Shown here in pieces: positions 36,525 to 48,535 of a stretch of 64,000 nt of DNA; the first letter of the stretch is position 1; the number at the start of each line of letters is the position of its first letter. Origin of the DNA: Camelus dromedarius (taxonomy: Eukaryota). A model generated the notes under the pieces. That model saw only the letters and a program-made list of their open reading frames with translations. It searched no databases and was not told the origin of the DNA. The translations under genes were made by a program, and so were the position numbers. Location: assembly GCF_036321535.1 (NCBI RefSeq), contig NC_087437.1:110610001-110674000 (forward strand), read 5' to 3'.

Positions 36525-38407
36525 CTGGATTTAATGAAAAACAGTACAGTTAGTTCGTGCTCCTCCCCATCCAAAAATATAAGCAGGATGTAGCCAGGAG
36601 CTCCCGTCTGCCTGACCCTCCCCACAAATCAGCATTATTCACACCTGTCACAGCCTGTCTTTGCCACTGATGGCCTCACATGTTTGTGCAGTAGATGCTG
36701 GATTTGGCTTTCTCAGTAATTACAGTCAAGGTGTCACTGGTTTTCCAGGCTTGTGTCTTTCAATGCCCTATCTGGGATGTGTGAATGCTAATGAGAAAGC
36801 AGACACGGCATTTTGGAAAAGACAGAAATCTCCTGAATTCTCTCATTAGTTTCTGCTGGGAGATGGAAATGACAAGCCAAATAAAGGCAGGAAATGCATA
36901 TGACCCCCAAAATAGAAAACACATTTCCCTCATCACTGCCTGCACCCTCTCCAACGCCACGCCCTCTTCTGGCAGGAGCAGGTCAGAACAGGAACAGGAA
37001 TCGGGTGTCACCTCCCACCCCACACCCTCTGCCCCCAAAGGCTCAAGCCGAGGTGGAAGCCTTCCCTACTAGGGATTTAACATGCCTGAGGTAAGATACC
37101 TTTTATCCTACACAACTTCTACACATGTATGAAACAGGCCTCAGAAAAACACCTTCTTTGGGTTTCCCATTGATCTAGTCTAGTTCAAAAAGAGGTATTG
37201 CGTATTTAGGTTTAGAATTTAAAAGTTAGGTTCCAAGCCAAAAAAAGAAAAAAAAAAAAAGATTTTGGTTGAGTGATCAGTTGGGTTCCACAAAGTATAA
37301 TTTATAAAATGAACAATTTATTAAATGAACAAATGCTAGGAGACTATAAATAAAAACAAACACAAAAAAAGGTTTATATGAACCACACATACCTGGTAAT
37401 TAGAGGCCTAAATTCATTTCCTGCATGTTTTTTCCTTTACTTTTCAAGCCTCATCCCTCCCCAAGCCTCACCCCCTGGATGGAAAGGGCATCGGGAGGGG
37501 CAGTCAGACTTTGCAGGGACAGTGATCCTCTGAGCCACAAGCAAGAATCAAGTAAGAAAAGTTGTAGAAGAAAAAGCTCTAAATGCAACCCTTCACTTTA
37601 GCCCTATCAAGTCACTTATCTACTTAACTAAGTGTTTACTAAGCACTTCCTACACAGCAAACACAGAACATTAAAGTATTCATTTGTTCTTCCTGCCTTA
37701 AAAAATGATCTCAGAGCACAAAGTGTGCACCACACGAGGAGTTTATACACAGACTGCATTTCCTCTGTGTTTCTCTGCTGTAGGACCTCATGGAGCCTCT
37801 TACTGGCTGATGGACATTGCAGATTTCCAAGGGGGAAATTTTATCAAAACTTACTTGGCCTCAGAACCAATTTTTTTCCTAATACTGTCTGAGAATTAGT
37901 GCTGTCTATGACACAATTTGAACATTTTAACAAGGTTTTATATTTTTAGCAAATATACAATCAGGATTTAAAGGAAGCAGCAATGGCAGAAACCAGCAGT
38001 CACAGGTTTAGGAGTGAACACTGACTGTCCGAGGCCAACTCAGAGGTGCTGGAGAGCAGCCCCAGGGCTGTGAATATTCCAGGTGCACAGCTGTCATGCC
38101 TTACAGGTGGCACGGAGATTGTCAGGTTATGCAATAAACCAGTGATGTGAAGGTCGGGGAAGAGGCTTAAAATGTGGCTGCTCAGAGTGAATGTGCTAAA
38201 AGGATCATACACCAATCCCTCCCTAGAAAAACTCTGCTTATAATACAGTCATGCTCACACCACAGTTCTGATAATGAAATTCTCCTAAAGTGATCATCCG
38301 ATTCTAAACTCCAAGAACTGGCCCCATAGCGAAAGCCTACTCAATGAATAAAATGAATGTTTTCAGACATTTTAGATTAGACATTTTAGATTAAAACCAA
38401 GTATTCT

Positions 38408-38575
38408 AGACTTATGGTTACCAAAGGGGAAAGGCAAGGAGGGATAAATTAGGAGTTTGGGACTAACAGATACACAATACTGTATATAAAACAGGTATAA
38501 CTAAATCACTTTCTTGTACACCTGAAACTAACACAACATTGTAAATCAACTATACTTAAGTTAAAAAAAAAAGAA
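38408..38575 (+). mobile_element. L1 3' end with internal deletion
   Basis: acttatggttaccaaaggggaaagg..gggataaattaggagtttgggactaacagatacac..gtacacctgaaactaacacaacattgtaaatcaactatactt. Confidence 0.85.
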
Positions 38576-39339
38576 CTGTCGCCAAAAAACAAACAAAAAC
38601 AAAAACAAAAACAAAAAAAACAACAAAAAAACCCCAAACCCAAGTGTTTTAAGGTCTGAATGCATTTTCATTGTGCTTCACATTAATCAACTTTTTTGAT
38701 TAACTGACAAACTACTGGCCCTTATCACAGTGTTCTACTGACCTATTAATTCATTTGCCAATGAACCAAACTGTATTTCAAGTGGAGAGTATGGCCAACC
38801 ACCCTGAAGAGGGTACAAATGAATTAACCCAAACAATTTCTAAACACACAAAAAATGAGCTATATGCAGTAGTTAGGGCCAAAGGGGTATCACGCCTGCA
38901 ACTTACTCTTAAATCGTTCAGGGGAAAAATATATTCTATACACACAAATACACATAGGAAATAGGGAGGGAGAGACAGGGTAAAGCAGCTGCGGTCAAAT
39001 GTTAATGTTTGGAAAACCTGGGTAAAGGATGTCTGGGACTCTGTACTATTGCAACCTTCCTGTAAGTTCGGAATTATATTCAAATAAAAATAGGGAACTA
39101 CATATGAATATATGTTCATATGCTTATTTGTATGAATGTGTGTGTGCATTCTAAATAGCTCCTGTTGCAGAGAGGGACTGTACAGAGATCACACACACAC
39201 ACACAAAACCATATTGAAGGGGCAGTCTTCACCTCGGCTCCTACAAACCTGTATACGTACCAACATCACAGCCAGGTTTCTGCAAGCGTTAGATAGAACT
39301 AGTGTCAAAGTGCAAGGGGGCAGGGAGCCCACAGCTATA

Positions 39340-40790
39340 CGGACAACTGAACCCAAGTTCAACACAAGTGCAAAAGGAATTTAGTAGAAAAGAACCGAAG
39401 GATAGTCATTTCAAAAATAGTGCTAGAGAGGGGAAGGGTATAGCTCAAGTGGTAGAGCGCATGCTTAGCACACACAAGATCCTGGGTTCAATCCCCAGTA
39501 CTTCCTCTAAAAATAAATACATAAATATGTAAATACATAAATAAATAAACCTAACTACCTCCCCAAAAAAACTCCCCAAAAAATAGTGCTAGAAAAATTA
39601 TTCATATGCAAAAAGATAGACTTGGATTCATACATCACACCAGATCAGAGACCTAAATAGAAATCCCCAAATTACAGAACATCTAGGGGAAAACACAGAA
39701 GAAAATCTTTATGACCTTGGTTAAGGCAAAGATTTCATAGCTATGACCCCCCAAAATTTCAAAAGTATGACCCAAAAAAGAAAAAATCTGAGAAAATTGG
39801 ATTTCATTAACACTAAAAATTTCTGCCTTTTGAGAGACACTGTATGACAAGAGGGAAACATTTACAATCACATATCTGGTAAAGGACTTACATACAAAAT
39901 TTCCGAAGCAGTCTCAAAACTCAATAATAAGAAAGCAAATAACCTAATACAATAAATGGGCAAATGATTTGAACAGACACTTCACCAAAGAGGATATATT
40001 GAAAGCAAATTAGCACATAAAAAGATATTCATCATCATGTCAGTAGAGAAATTCAAATTCAAGACACAATGAGGTGCCACCACACACCCATCAGAGTATC
40101 TAAAACTAATGAACTGACCTCACTGTAAGAGCGAGGAGGAGCAGCTGGTGGGACTGTACACAGTACAACCACTTTGCAAAATAGTTCAGCAGCTTCTTCA
40201 AAAGTTAGACACACACTTACCATATGATCCAACCATTCCATTCCTAAGTACTTACCCAAGAGAAATGAAAGCATATATTTATACTAAAACTTGTACACAA
40301 ATATTCACAGCAGGTTTACTTGCAATTACCAAAAGCTGGAAACAACCCAAATGACCAAGAAAAGTGAAAGGATCACAAAGTGTAGTACATTCACACAAAG
40401 TAATACTACTCAGTGATTTAAAAAGTATGAATTATGGATACATGCCACAACATGGATGGAACTCAGGATAATTTTGCAGTAAAAGATGCCACATAAAAAA
40501 GAGTAAATGTTGTATGATTCCATTTATGTGAAATTCCAGAGTGAAAACTAATCTGTGGTTAACAGAAAGCAGACATGGTTGCCTGTGGCTAAGAGGACAT
40601 AACAGGAAGGAAACAAAAATCACAAAAGAACAGGAAAAACGTTTGGAGGTGGTAATTATGTTCATTATCTTGATTGTGGTGACGGTTTCACAGGTGTACA
40701 CATATGTCAAAATTCATCAAGCTGTACACTTTAAAATAAATGCAGTGTATTATATGTCAATTATACCTCAATTAATCTGTTTTTTAAAAG
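39340..40790 (+). mobile_element. Old L1 (L1M-type) ORF2 end and 3'UTR, degenerate
   Basis: aaatgggcaaatgatttgaacagacacttcaccaaagaggatata, ccatatgatccaaccattccattcctaagtacttacccaagagaaatgaaagcatat, end tatatgtcaattatacctcaat; many stops. Confidence 0.9.
39428..39578 (+). mobile_element. tRNA-derived SINE (vic-1-like) with perfect 15-bp TSD, nested in L1
   Basis: gggtatagctcaagtggtagagcgcatgcttagca..ctgggttcaatccccagtac; TSD aaaaatagtgctaga at 39413-39427 and 39579-39593. Confidence 0.93.
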
Positions 40791-41391
40791 TACATGAGGA
40801 TGACAGGTAAGCCAACACCATTGTGCATGAATCGATGAGCTTTGTTGACTGGAAACAGGAAATCTCTGCCCAAGGGAAAGCCAGCCAAGGAGGAGGAAAT
40901 AAGCTGTAAGCATCCTCACGAAGGTACTAGCCATAAATCCTCATTAAGGGTGCAAGGACCCTGTGCGCTGGAAAACCGTCTTCCTCCTGGATAACCATAA
41001 GTATTTCCATTGTCCAGTTTCCCAGAACAAGATACATTAATCTGTTTACTGGAAAACCAAGAGTGCTAGTCTTATTTGTGAATAGCAAGTATCAAAGTCC
41101 CCTACATGAGTAGAATAAAAGGTTGGTACATCTTCCAAAGTAGAAGCCAACAGACACACCAGTTTAATGCAACTCGATGGTACTGGTTTTTTACCTTAGC
41201 CAGACATGCGAGACATAGTCAGTTCCCCTCCCAGACTCCCCTTAGGAACCGACCCCACTGCCAGTCCAATGAAGACTCAACACCATGGCAACAATGCCTC
41301 CTGAGATGTTATCAGGATTCGACTTGACCTACAGGACAGCCCACCCCTGACATGAGTAGGCAGCTTTACCTCATTTGAGGATGAGACATAC

Positions 41392-41517
41392 CTTAAATTG
41401 ATCAACTTTCTCAAGTTTTTCCAAATCAGGTACCAATCTCACTCCATCTTCTAGAGTCTTAAGGAATTCGACTTGAAACTCTACCATTTCAGTTAAATTT
41501 CCAAAGAGCACATCAAG
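41392..41517 (-). CDS. TIAM1: TIAM1 coding exon, DH domain, 126 nt
   Basis: LDVLFGNLTEMVEFQVEFLKTLEDGVRLVPDLEKLEKVDQFK; acceptor attttccag, donor AAG|gtatgt. Confidence 0.97.
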
Positions 41518-41823
41518 CTGGAAAATGGAAAAGAATTTCATCAACCCCATATTTCACAAGTGCGCAGAGCCTTTATTTGCTTCTGATTTCAAACTTTTTC
41601 TATCCATACTTAGCACTTAAGGTAATGATCCCACCACCAGAGGGTGGGGCGGCTCCTTACTCTTGGAGCGCACGCAAGAGCTCCACATGCAATACTTTGA
41701 CCTATTTACTCCAATTCAGTGAATTCTAAACGCTCTCAGTATCGTGTGTGCTTCCCGCTCCTTCCTCTTCACCAAGTCCAGCTGCGGTGTGACCCTCACC
41801 ATGTTCAGACGATTCCACCATAC

Positions 41824-41892
41824 CTCATCTTGGGTGAGAAAAGTTTCTTTCTGAAGAGGTTTTAGGTATCTCTCCATGAGACAGTTTAAGTC
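41824..41892 (-). CDS. TIAM1: TIAM1 coding exon, DH domain, 69 nt
   Basis: DLNCLMERYLKPLQKETFLTQDE; acceptor acccttag, donor GAG|gtatgg. Confidence 0.97.
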
Positions 41893-42019
41893 CTAAGGGT
41901 TGAAAGGATATCTGATTAGCCCATCTAAAAGTCTATAAAGAATGTAAAGGAAAAAAAAAATTATTTCGCAAATGCTAACATTCCAATCTTTAGGTCATTA
42001 AGGTCCACTGAAGCAGAAG

Positions 42020-42210
42020 CGAGCCAACCTTTTCTCAAAATATTTCAGACTTTGCAGGCCATATGTTCTCTGTCACAACTATTTAACTCTGCTGCTACCT
42101 AAGTCACACATGAATGCATGTGCATGGCTGTGTTCCAATAAAACTTTATCTGTAAAAACAGGCAGTGAGCTGGATGTGGCTCAAGGGCCATAACTTGCTG
42201 ACCTCTGACT
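42020..42210. mobile_element. MER58A-like hAT remnant
   Basis: ctttgcaggccatatgttctctgtcacaactatttaactctgc..ggctgtgttccaataaaactttat..ttgctgacctctg. Confidence 0.8.
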
Positions 42211-42373
42211 TCAAGACCAAAACATATCATTAAAAACAGATCATACTGTTCTAACATATAACTCTCCATAACTAAATTATACAGTTAAAGAAGTATATAA
42301 TCCTACAACTATTATAGTTAGAGGAGTTAGAGAGTTATAGAATATATTATAAATTATACAGTATTGCAATAAC

Positions 42374-42734
42374 TGTCGAGGCCCAAGATGGAGTCACTCA
42401 TGGTCCTACGTCCGCAAGCCTAAATTTAGAGATCTTCTGGGTCCCTGTCAACATACCCCTTGACCAGAAGCATAATATATCCAGGCAGCCAATTTCCAAA
42501 TGCCGAGCCAACTCGGAGCTTTCTCACCCCAACAAGGTTGACTGTGTGGCCCCAGCCAATCAGACATTTTCTATTTGTCCCTTCCTTATTCTTTATTCTT
42601 TATCCTATAAAAGCTTCTTGCCTCCAGCCCCATTTCACAGTTCTACAAAAGGAGACTGTCCACTTCATGAATAAAGTTTTAAATAAAATTTGTATCACTT
42701 TTAAATGGTCTTCTTTAATCAGTTTTAAACTACA
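42374..42734 (+). mobile_element. Short ERV solo LTR (~360 bp)
   Basis: TG start, caagatggagtc motif, CCAAT 42556, TATAAAA 42606, AATAAA 42670, in LTR order; 3' end uncertain. Confidence 0.65.
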
Positions 42735-43205
42735 GTTGTATATATTATAAATTATATGGGAATAAATTATATAGCCACAGAAATATAACTAAATTCAGAA
42801 CAGATAACACAAAACAGACCTAATATCCTTCTTCCTAAACTCAAAGGTAATTTTGACGATGCTGCTACTTAAATTTGCCAAAAACGAATGCAACTTTAGT
42901 GTTAACTAAACAACATTTTTAGAAAAGTCAGAAGGCTCACTTAATAGTCACCATCATCCCCTTTCTGAGTCAACTGATCAGTTATTTATATCAATCAATT
43001 GTTACAAGAATAGCTGTGCTTCCTTAAAACACAAAAGGAGATTGAAACATTCAGATTTAAAGCCAAATTCCATAGGAGAGACCAAGATACTCTTCATTAG
43101 CATGATTTGGCTTTACTGTTAGCCAAAATCAGGATAAACACACAAGTTCATCCTTCAGAAGGACGGGAGGAAGGATGCAGGGAGGGAGGGCAGGAGAAGA
43201 CGTAC

Positions 43206-43385
43206 CTTCACGTAGGTGCGCTCCGTCTCCAGGAGCTCACAGACCACCTTGCGCAGCTTATCGGCATCCGTGAGCTGTCTCATGGTGGCCAACTGAGGTC
43301 CAGCGGAGTCCTGGGGGGACGGGCTCGGGTCAGAGGGGTTCATCTCATGCAGACTGCGGCAAAATGCGGCCACCTGTTCTGTGCT
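43206..43385 (-). CDS. TIAM1: TIAM1 coding exon, start of DH domain, 180 nt
   Basis: STEQVAAFCRSLHEMNPSDPSPSPQDSAGPQLATMRQLTDADKLRKVVCELLETERTYVK; acceptor ctctgaag, donor AAG|gtacgt; phase 0-0. Confidence 0.97.
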
Positions 43386-43589
43386 CTTCAGAGCACAGTA
43401 GAAAAGGCAGGGCAGATGAAGTTATCCCTCACTAGAGAGACTTGCCTGACATCTGCCCCTCCTGCAGATGTTCCTCCTGGTTAATGAACTGCCACGCACG
43501 AATCACATCTCTCATTTCCCTACATTGCTCCACACATCTGAGAGCTCACTGAATGCTCAAAACAACCATAACAATGACTGCTGATGTAT

Positions 43590-43785
43590 ACTGAGTGATC
43601 ACGGCATGCCAGACTGGTCTGATGTATTTAATCCTTCCATAGGGTAAGTAAGGGCTGTTATCATTCATATTTAACAGCAGAGACAACGGAGGCCCAGAGA
43701 TGTCAAGTAACTCATTCAAGATTGCACAGCTCAGATTTGAAACAGGCAGTGTAGCTCAAAGCCTGTGTCCTTAACCATTTTGCAA
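43590..43785. mobile_element. MIR remnant
   Basis: atttaacagcagagacaacggaggcccagagatgtcaagtaact..caagattgcacagct..atttgaaacaggcagt. Confidence 0.7.
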
Positions 43786-46452
43786 GAAGCTCACCAATGA
43801 GGAGACGGAGATACAGCCAAGTGCGTTCCACCCAAAATACAAGGCTAATTATCAGGCTCTTATTTCAATGCACTATACATACTTACTTTGCACAGCTGGA
43901 AGATGATTTTACAAGCTAAGATTCTTCCTGTCTCTGTTAAAAATTGACACCAAGGCAACTTTTTAGATAGCAACAGATACCCATTTTTTAAAAAACAAAA
44001 TTTCTCTCTCTCCAGCTTCTCCAAGACAGATAGATTCCACTACCACCACCCATCATCACCTCCCTTCTCCAGCTAAAAATAAGGGGCATTGGGCCCCAAA
44101 CAAGACCTCACCAGAACTCAGTCCTCACCCAATCTCTGTCCAGGGTGATTCAGGTAGAATTTGGGGATTCTAGAATTCTAAAATTCCAGCTTGTCTAGTT
44201 ATGCAAAACAGCTCTCCAAAACAAGGGCTATAGACGGACTGCTGAAAACACCGGGGAATCAGCAGTTCTCCACCCTGGCTGCATATAGGAATCACCTGCG
44301 GGAGTTTGTAAACCTCCCGATATCCAGTGCCCCCTCCAGAGCAATTCAGTCGGAATTCTGGAATGGGATGTGCAAGTGTTAGAATTTTTTAAAGCTCTCT
44401 ACAAAATTACTCCAAAGGCTATTCTGTAGCACAAAATCTAGTTTATTGATAATTGTTCAAATGCACCACTCTACAAATGTTTGATGCATAGCTCCTTGAA
44501 GGGACTGGCTGCCTTCTTGTACGTCTCTTCCCTGTTCTATTGTCTAATTCACCCCTAGGCAAAGTATTCCCAATATGGTATTTCCAATACAGACCTATGC
44601 AAATAAAGAATTACTTCTTCTATCACCTACCTCCTCACTCCTGAGAGCAAACATCCTGAGATGAACAGCTTTCCAAAACCAACTGTTGGTGCACAGAGCT
44701 GAAAGTCAAGGCTGGCATTTTGTGGAGGGCAGAGGAGACAAACCAAGTGTATTCCAGCAGGGTAATTCTTAAACACAGAGGAAGGCAGCTAACATTAACA
44801 TGTTTTTCCCTCATTAGCGTATCCCAAAGGGAAAGAAGCCAGAAATAAAGACAGGACAAGGACATGGGAAATCAGAACCTAACAAGGATGCATTAGCAGC
44901 AGCAATGTCATGACAGGAAAGAGAAGAGCCAGGACCCAAATCCACATAATTATTAATCCAATTCTCTTATGGTTACACAACTTATTTCTTGCTAGCACTA
45001 ACCCGGGTCTTATGTGTCAGGATGTGTTAGTCACCTGTCAGGGGCACTGTTAAATGTTCCCTATGGAACTGGTATGCCAGACGCAGAATAGCCCCACAAA
45101 GAAGACTCCTTTTGGTGACTGATGAAAAGCTCACCAAAATGGTCTGAACTGTATGGTATGTGATTTCTATCTCAATAAGGCTGTTAAAAAAGAAAGACTA
45201 CTTGTTTGTAATCAAAGTTTGTTTCAGTAGAAATAAACTAAACTATTTTATTTAGTTACATTAGGGTTTTACTAACTCAATGTCATCATTAACTATACAG
45301 TTAAATACGGCTTTGTCTTAATACTTAAAAAGGAACAAGTAGATCCATTTTAACAAAAATGTCCACATATCTTTTAGATGATCTGATGATAACCATAACA
45401 GGCAATTGCATTATAACACAGACATTATGGAGGGGGGTGGGGCACCTCACCAAAATGAAAACTCCATGGAAAGACAGTGATAATAGCTGACAGCTTAAGT
45501 GCTCTACCCTCCAGCTAATCCCAAAATCTCCTTTGTCACTTTGATTTGTCACTCAGTAACACAACAAATGTATAACTGGCACCTTCAATTACACAATGCT
45601 TTTCTAAATGTCCTGACAATAACTATAGCTGCTTGTCATTTACATGCAAATTAACATCATGGCTATTACTCAGGATACATAAATCCATCACTGCCTTCCC
45701 GTCTGAGACATAGTAGATGTGTCTGTAGTTTTATCATTTAGACAAATTGCCATGTGAAATCCAATGTCCTCACTGATTATACCAAGGATGCCTCATACTT
45801 GAAGAAAAGCTAAGTTATAACCTTGGGACTCTGACACACATCAATGGCAGGAAATTTAAAAGACACTTCCCTTTGTGCTCCCAATTCACACCACACTGAC
45901 TTGCTGCCATTATGGCAGTATCTGGTTATAATGATAAAAGGCATGGGATGCAGTTTCTGGGTTTTCATCCCCTCTGTTTCACCATAAATACTCTGATGTC
46001 TCCATTTTAAGAGTGTAAGTAGGGTTCTTGGCTTTGCCTGCATTAAGTCCTTCACCTTGGAGGTTTGGTATCCTGAGTTTCAAGCAGGCCCACTGGGAAA
46101 GCTCAGGTTAGTGGGGTGTGGGCTAGGACTTTAAACCGAGCCATCTCTTACCCAACCTCACCTCAAACAGCTACGTCCCTCATCTTCGTCCTGGCACACC
46201 CCTCCTGAACCAGGTCCTGGATTATATTAGGAAATATCTTTAGCATCCCAGGGGACACCTAAAAGTTTCCTTGAGTCCTCTTCTGAGAGTTCAGAGCCTT
46301 AGGCACCCCTTCCTTACAAGATGCATTTCAAAGCTGGGATAGATTCAGCCAGGTGGTCTCTGAAGTTGACAAGGGGACAAAGCAATTTCTCTACCAGCAA
46401 CCCTGTTCTCTGATTCAATGTATAAACTCTTTTATCACAAGGAAATGGGTCA

Positions 46453-46592
46453 GGGGGAGAGTATAGCTCAAGTGGTAGAGCACATGCTTGAGATGAACGA
46501 GGTCCCAGGTTCAACCCCCAGCACCTCCTCCAAATAGAAATAAATGAATAAACCCAATTACCACCTGCTCATTAAAAGAAAAAAAACAAAAA
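46453..46592 (+). mobile_element. tRNA-derived SINE (vic-1-like) with diverged 16-bp TSD
   Basis: gtatagctcaagtggtagagcacatgctt..aggttcaacccccagcacctcc; TSD acaaggaaatgggtca (46437-46452) vs acagggaactgggtca (46593-46608). Confidence 0.9.
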
Positions 46593-48354
46593 ACAGGGAA
46601 CTGGGTCAAAATGGACATAATTTTCTTTTACTGTCAATTATACATTATTTAAATAAATAAATAAACAAATTTAATAAAATAAATTGACTTAAATAAAAAC
46701 ATACAGAATAACCAGTTATACTGTGTATATTGTTAAGGGGTGTTATTTATAAGGGTCTTCATGAAACTTTTGTCCGGGAACGATTAACTTAAAAGGACCT
46801 CATCAAGTTTGAGAATTTTGTTTTACTGAAATATTACCTCTCAAATGTCCTTAGAAGCAAGTATGAAAAGCAGGTCGTCTTTAGAATTTTAATCTAGACA
46901 TTTTGCATGTTTTGGCCCAGTTTTTAAGTCCCCCTGCCCCCATCCTGTGAGCAAACGCCTTTGCATCAATTCCATCAGGACCTCCTCTGTATGGCTGAGC
47001 CATGACACTGGATATAGGAAGAGGTAAGGGCAGTGCCTTCCTCACTCCATCACTGAGTGTCACGTGGCATCCTGGTCATTTACACATCAAGTAGTGTAGC
47101 CAGAAGTACCCAGGAAGGGAGCTACCATGAGAGATTCTCCACCAACTTCTAAAAGCCAAGTTTCCTGGAACTGGCACAAGCAGTGAAGGACTGCGGAGAA
47201 GGAGAAGACAGACCCAATCTCTCCATGGGAAGAAGTACAAAGCTCTCCCCCCTTGAGCACAGCCATCAGTCACCCTGGAAATGGAAAGCACTTATGGGCA
47301 TTTCAGAGCTGCTAAACCCATTCACAGGTAGCAGAGCTGTTCCACTGTCAGGACGAAGAATGACCCGCCCACATCCAGACATCAACGGGACAACTGTGGG
47401 AGGAAATGGGCTACTTTCCTGAGGTCGACACGAAGCGCAATGTTTAGAATATCGCTTTCCTCCTGTGGAAGATGAAAAGAAAGTACAAAAGGAGGGGAGA
47501 AGGCTTTTAAGTACACACTAGCACTTCAAGCTACCCAGCTGTTAACGCTCTTCCTGTTATGCAACCACTAAAGGCAACTTCTATCTCGAGACGAGTTCAG
47601 AGTTCTAAAACTGTCCTTGGAGTCTGACTGTTTTAACACTTCCCACGGATTTAAAAGGGGCCAGACTGGCCTAAAATCTTATTGTCCTTATTTAAGCCTT
47701 TTTTGGAGACAGACACCAAAGTAACACACTCCATAATTTCAGAACCATCACATACAATGATAATCCTTAGAGTTCTCTGTCATCTTCTGGGTCTCCTTTC
47801 GAGCAAACTTTGATGAAGAAACACCCCAGGGAGGATAAAGGCTTATTTGAGTAAATCAAGTGTATTCACTGTCCGAGTTTGAATTTCATTAAATGACACA
47901 AAATCTAACAGTTGGCAGACTCTGAAATTAATATTAAACTCTTAAAAGGTTTAATTTGATTTTAAGTTATGCCTCCCCATTAACCCACTAAAAATTTTTC
48001 TCCTTAGAGAGTCAACAATTATCACAGGAGTTGTCATGCACAATATAGGTCAGTGGACATTACATCATTAACACATCCCTTGAGCCAACACTTCTAAATC
48101 CACCTCCTTCTCAAGCAAGCAGAAATAAAGTCAGAAGCACTTAAAACTTTATAGGAGGCAAGTAGAACATCCTCCTTCCAAAAATGCTTGCTGAACACAG
48201 GCTACCTGATTGGAGGTGTGGGTGGAGAGACTCATCACACATATAACACAAACACGTTCACAATCCCACCAACCAGAAGAAAGGGGGAAAAAGTCAAGAG
48301 ACGCTTAATTTGAAAAATTATAGCCATCCATCTTCCTGCCATTTAAAAGCTAAA

Positions 48355-48535
48355 AAAATAGGTAAACAACAAGGACCTACTGTACAGCACAGGGAACTGT
48401 ATTCAATATCTTGTAATAACCTATAATGGAAAAGAATCTGAGAAAGGATATTTAAGTACAACTGAATCACTTTGCTGGACACCTGAAACTAACACAACAT
48501 TGTCAATCAACCATACTTCAATTTAAAAAATTTTA
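48355..48535 (+). mobile_element. L1 3' end
   Basis: aaacaacaaggacctactgtacagcacagggaactgtattcaatatcttgtaataacctataatgg..cacctgaaactaacacaacattgt. Confidence 0.88.
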
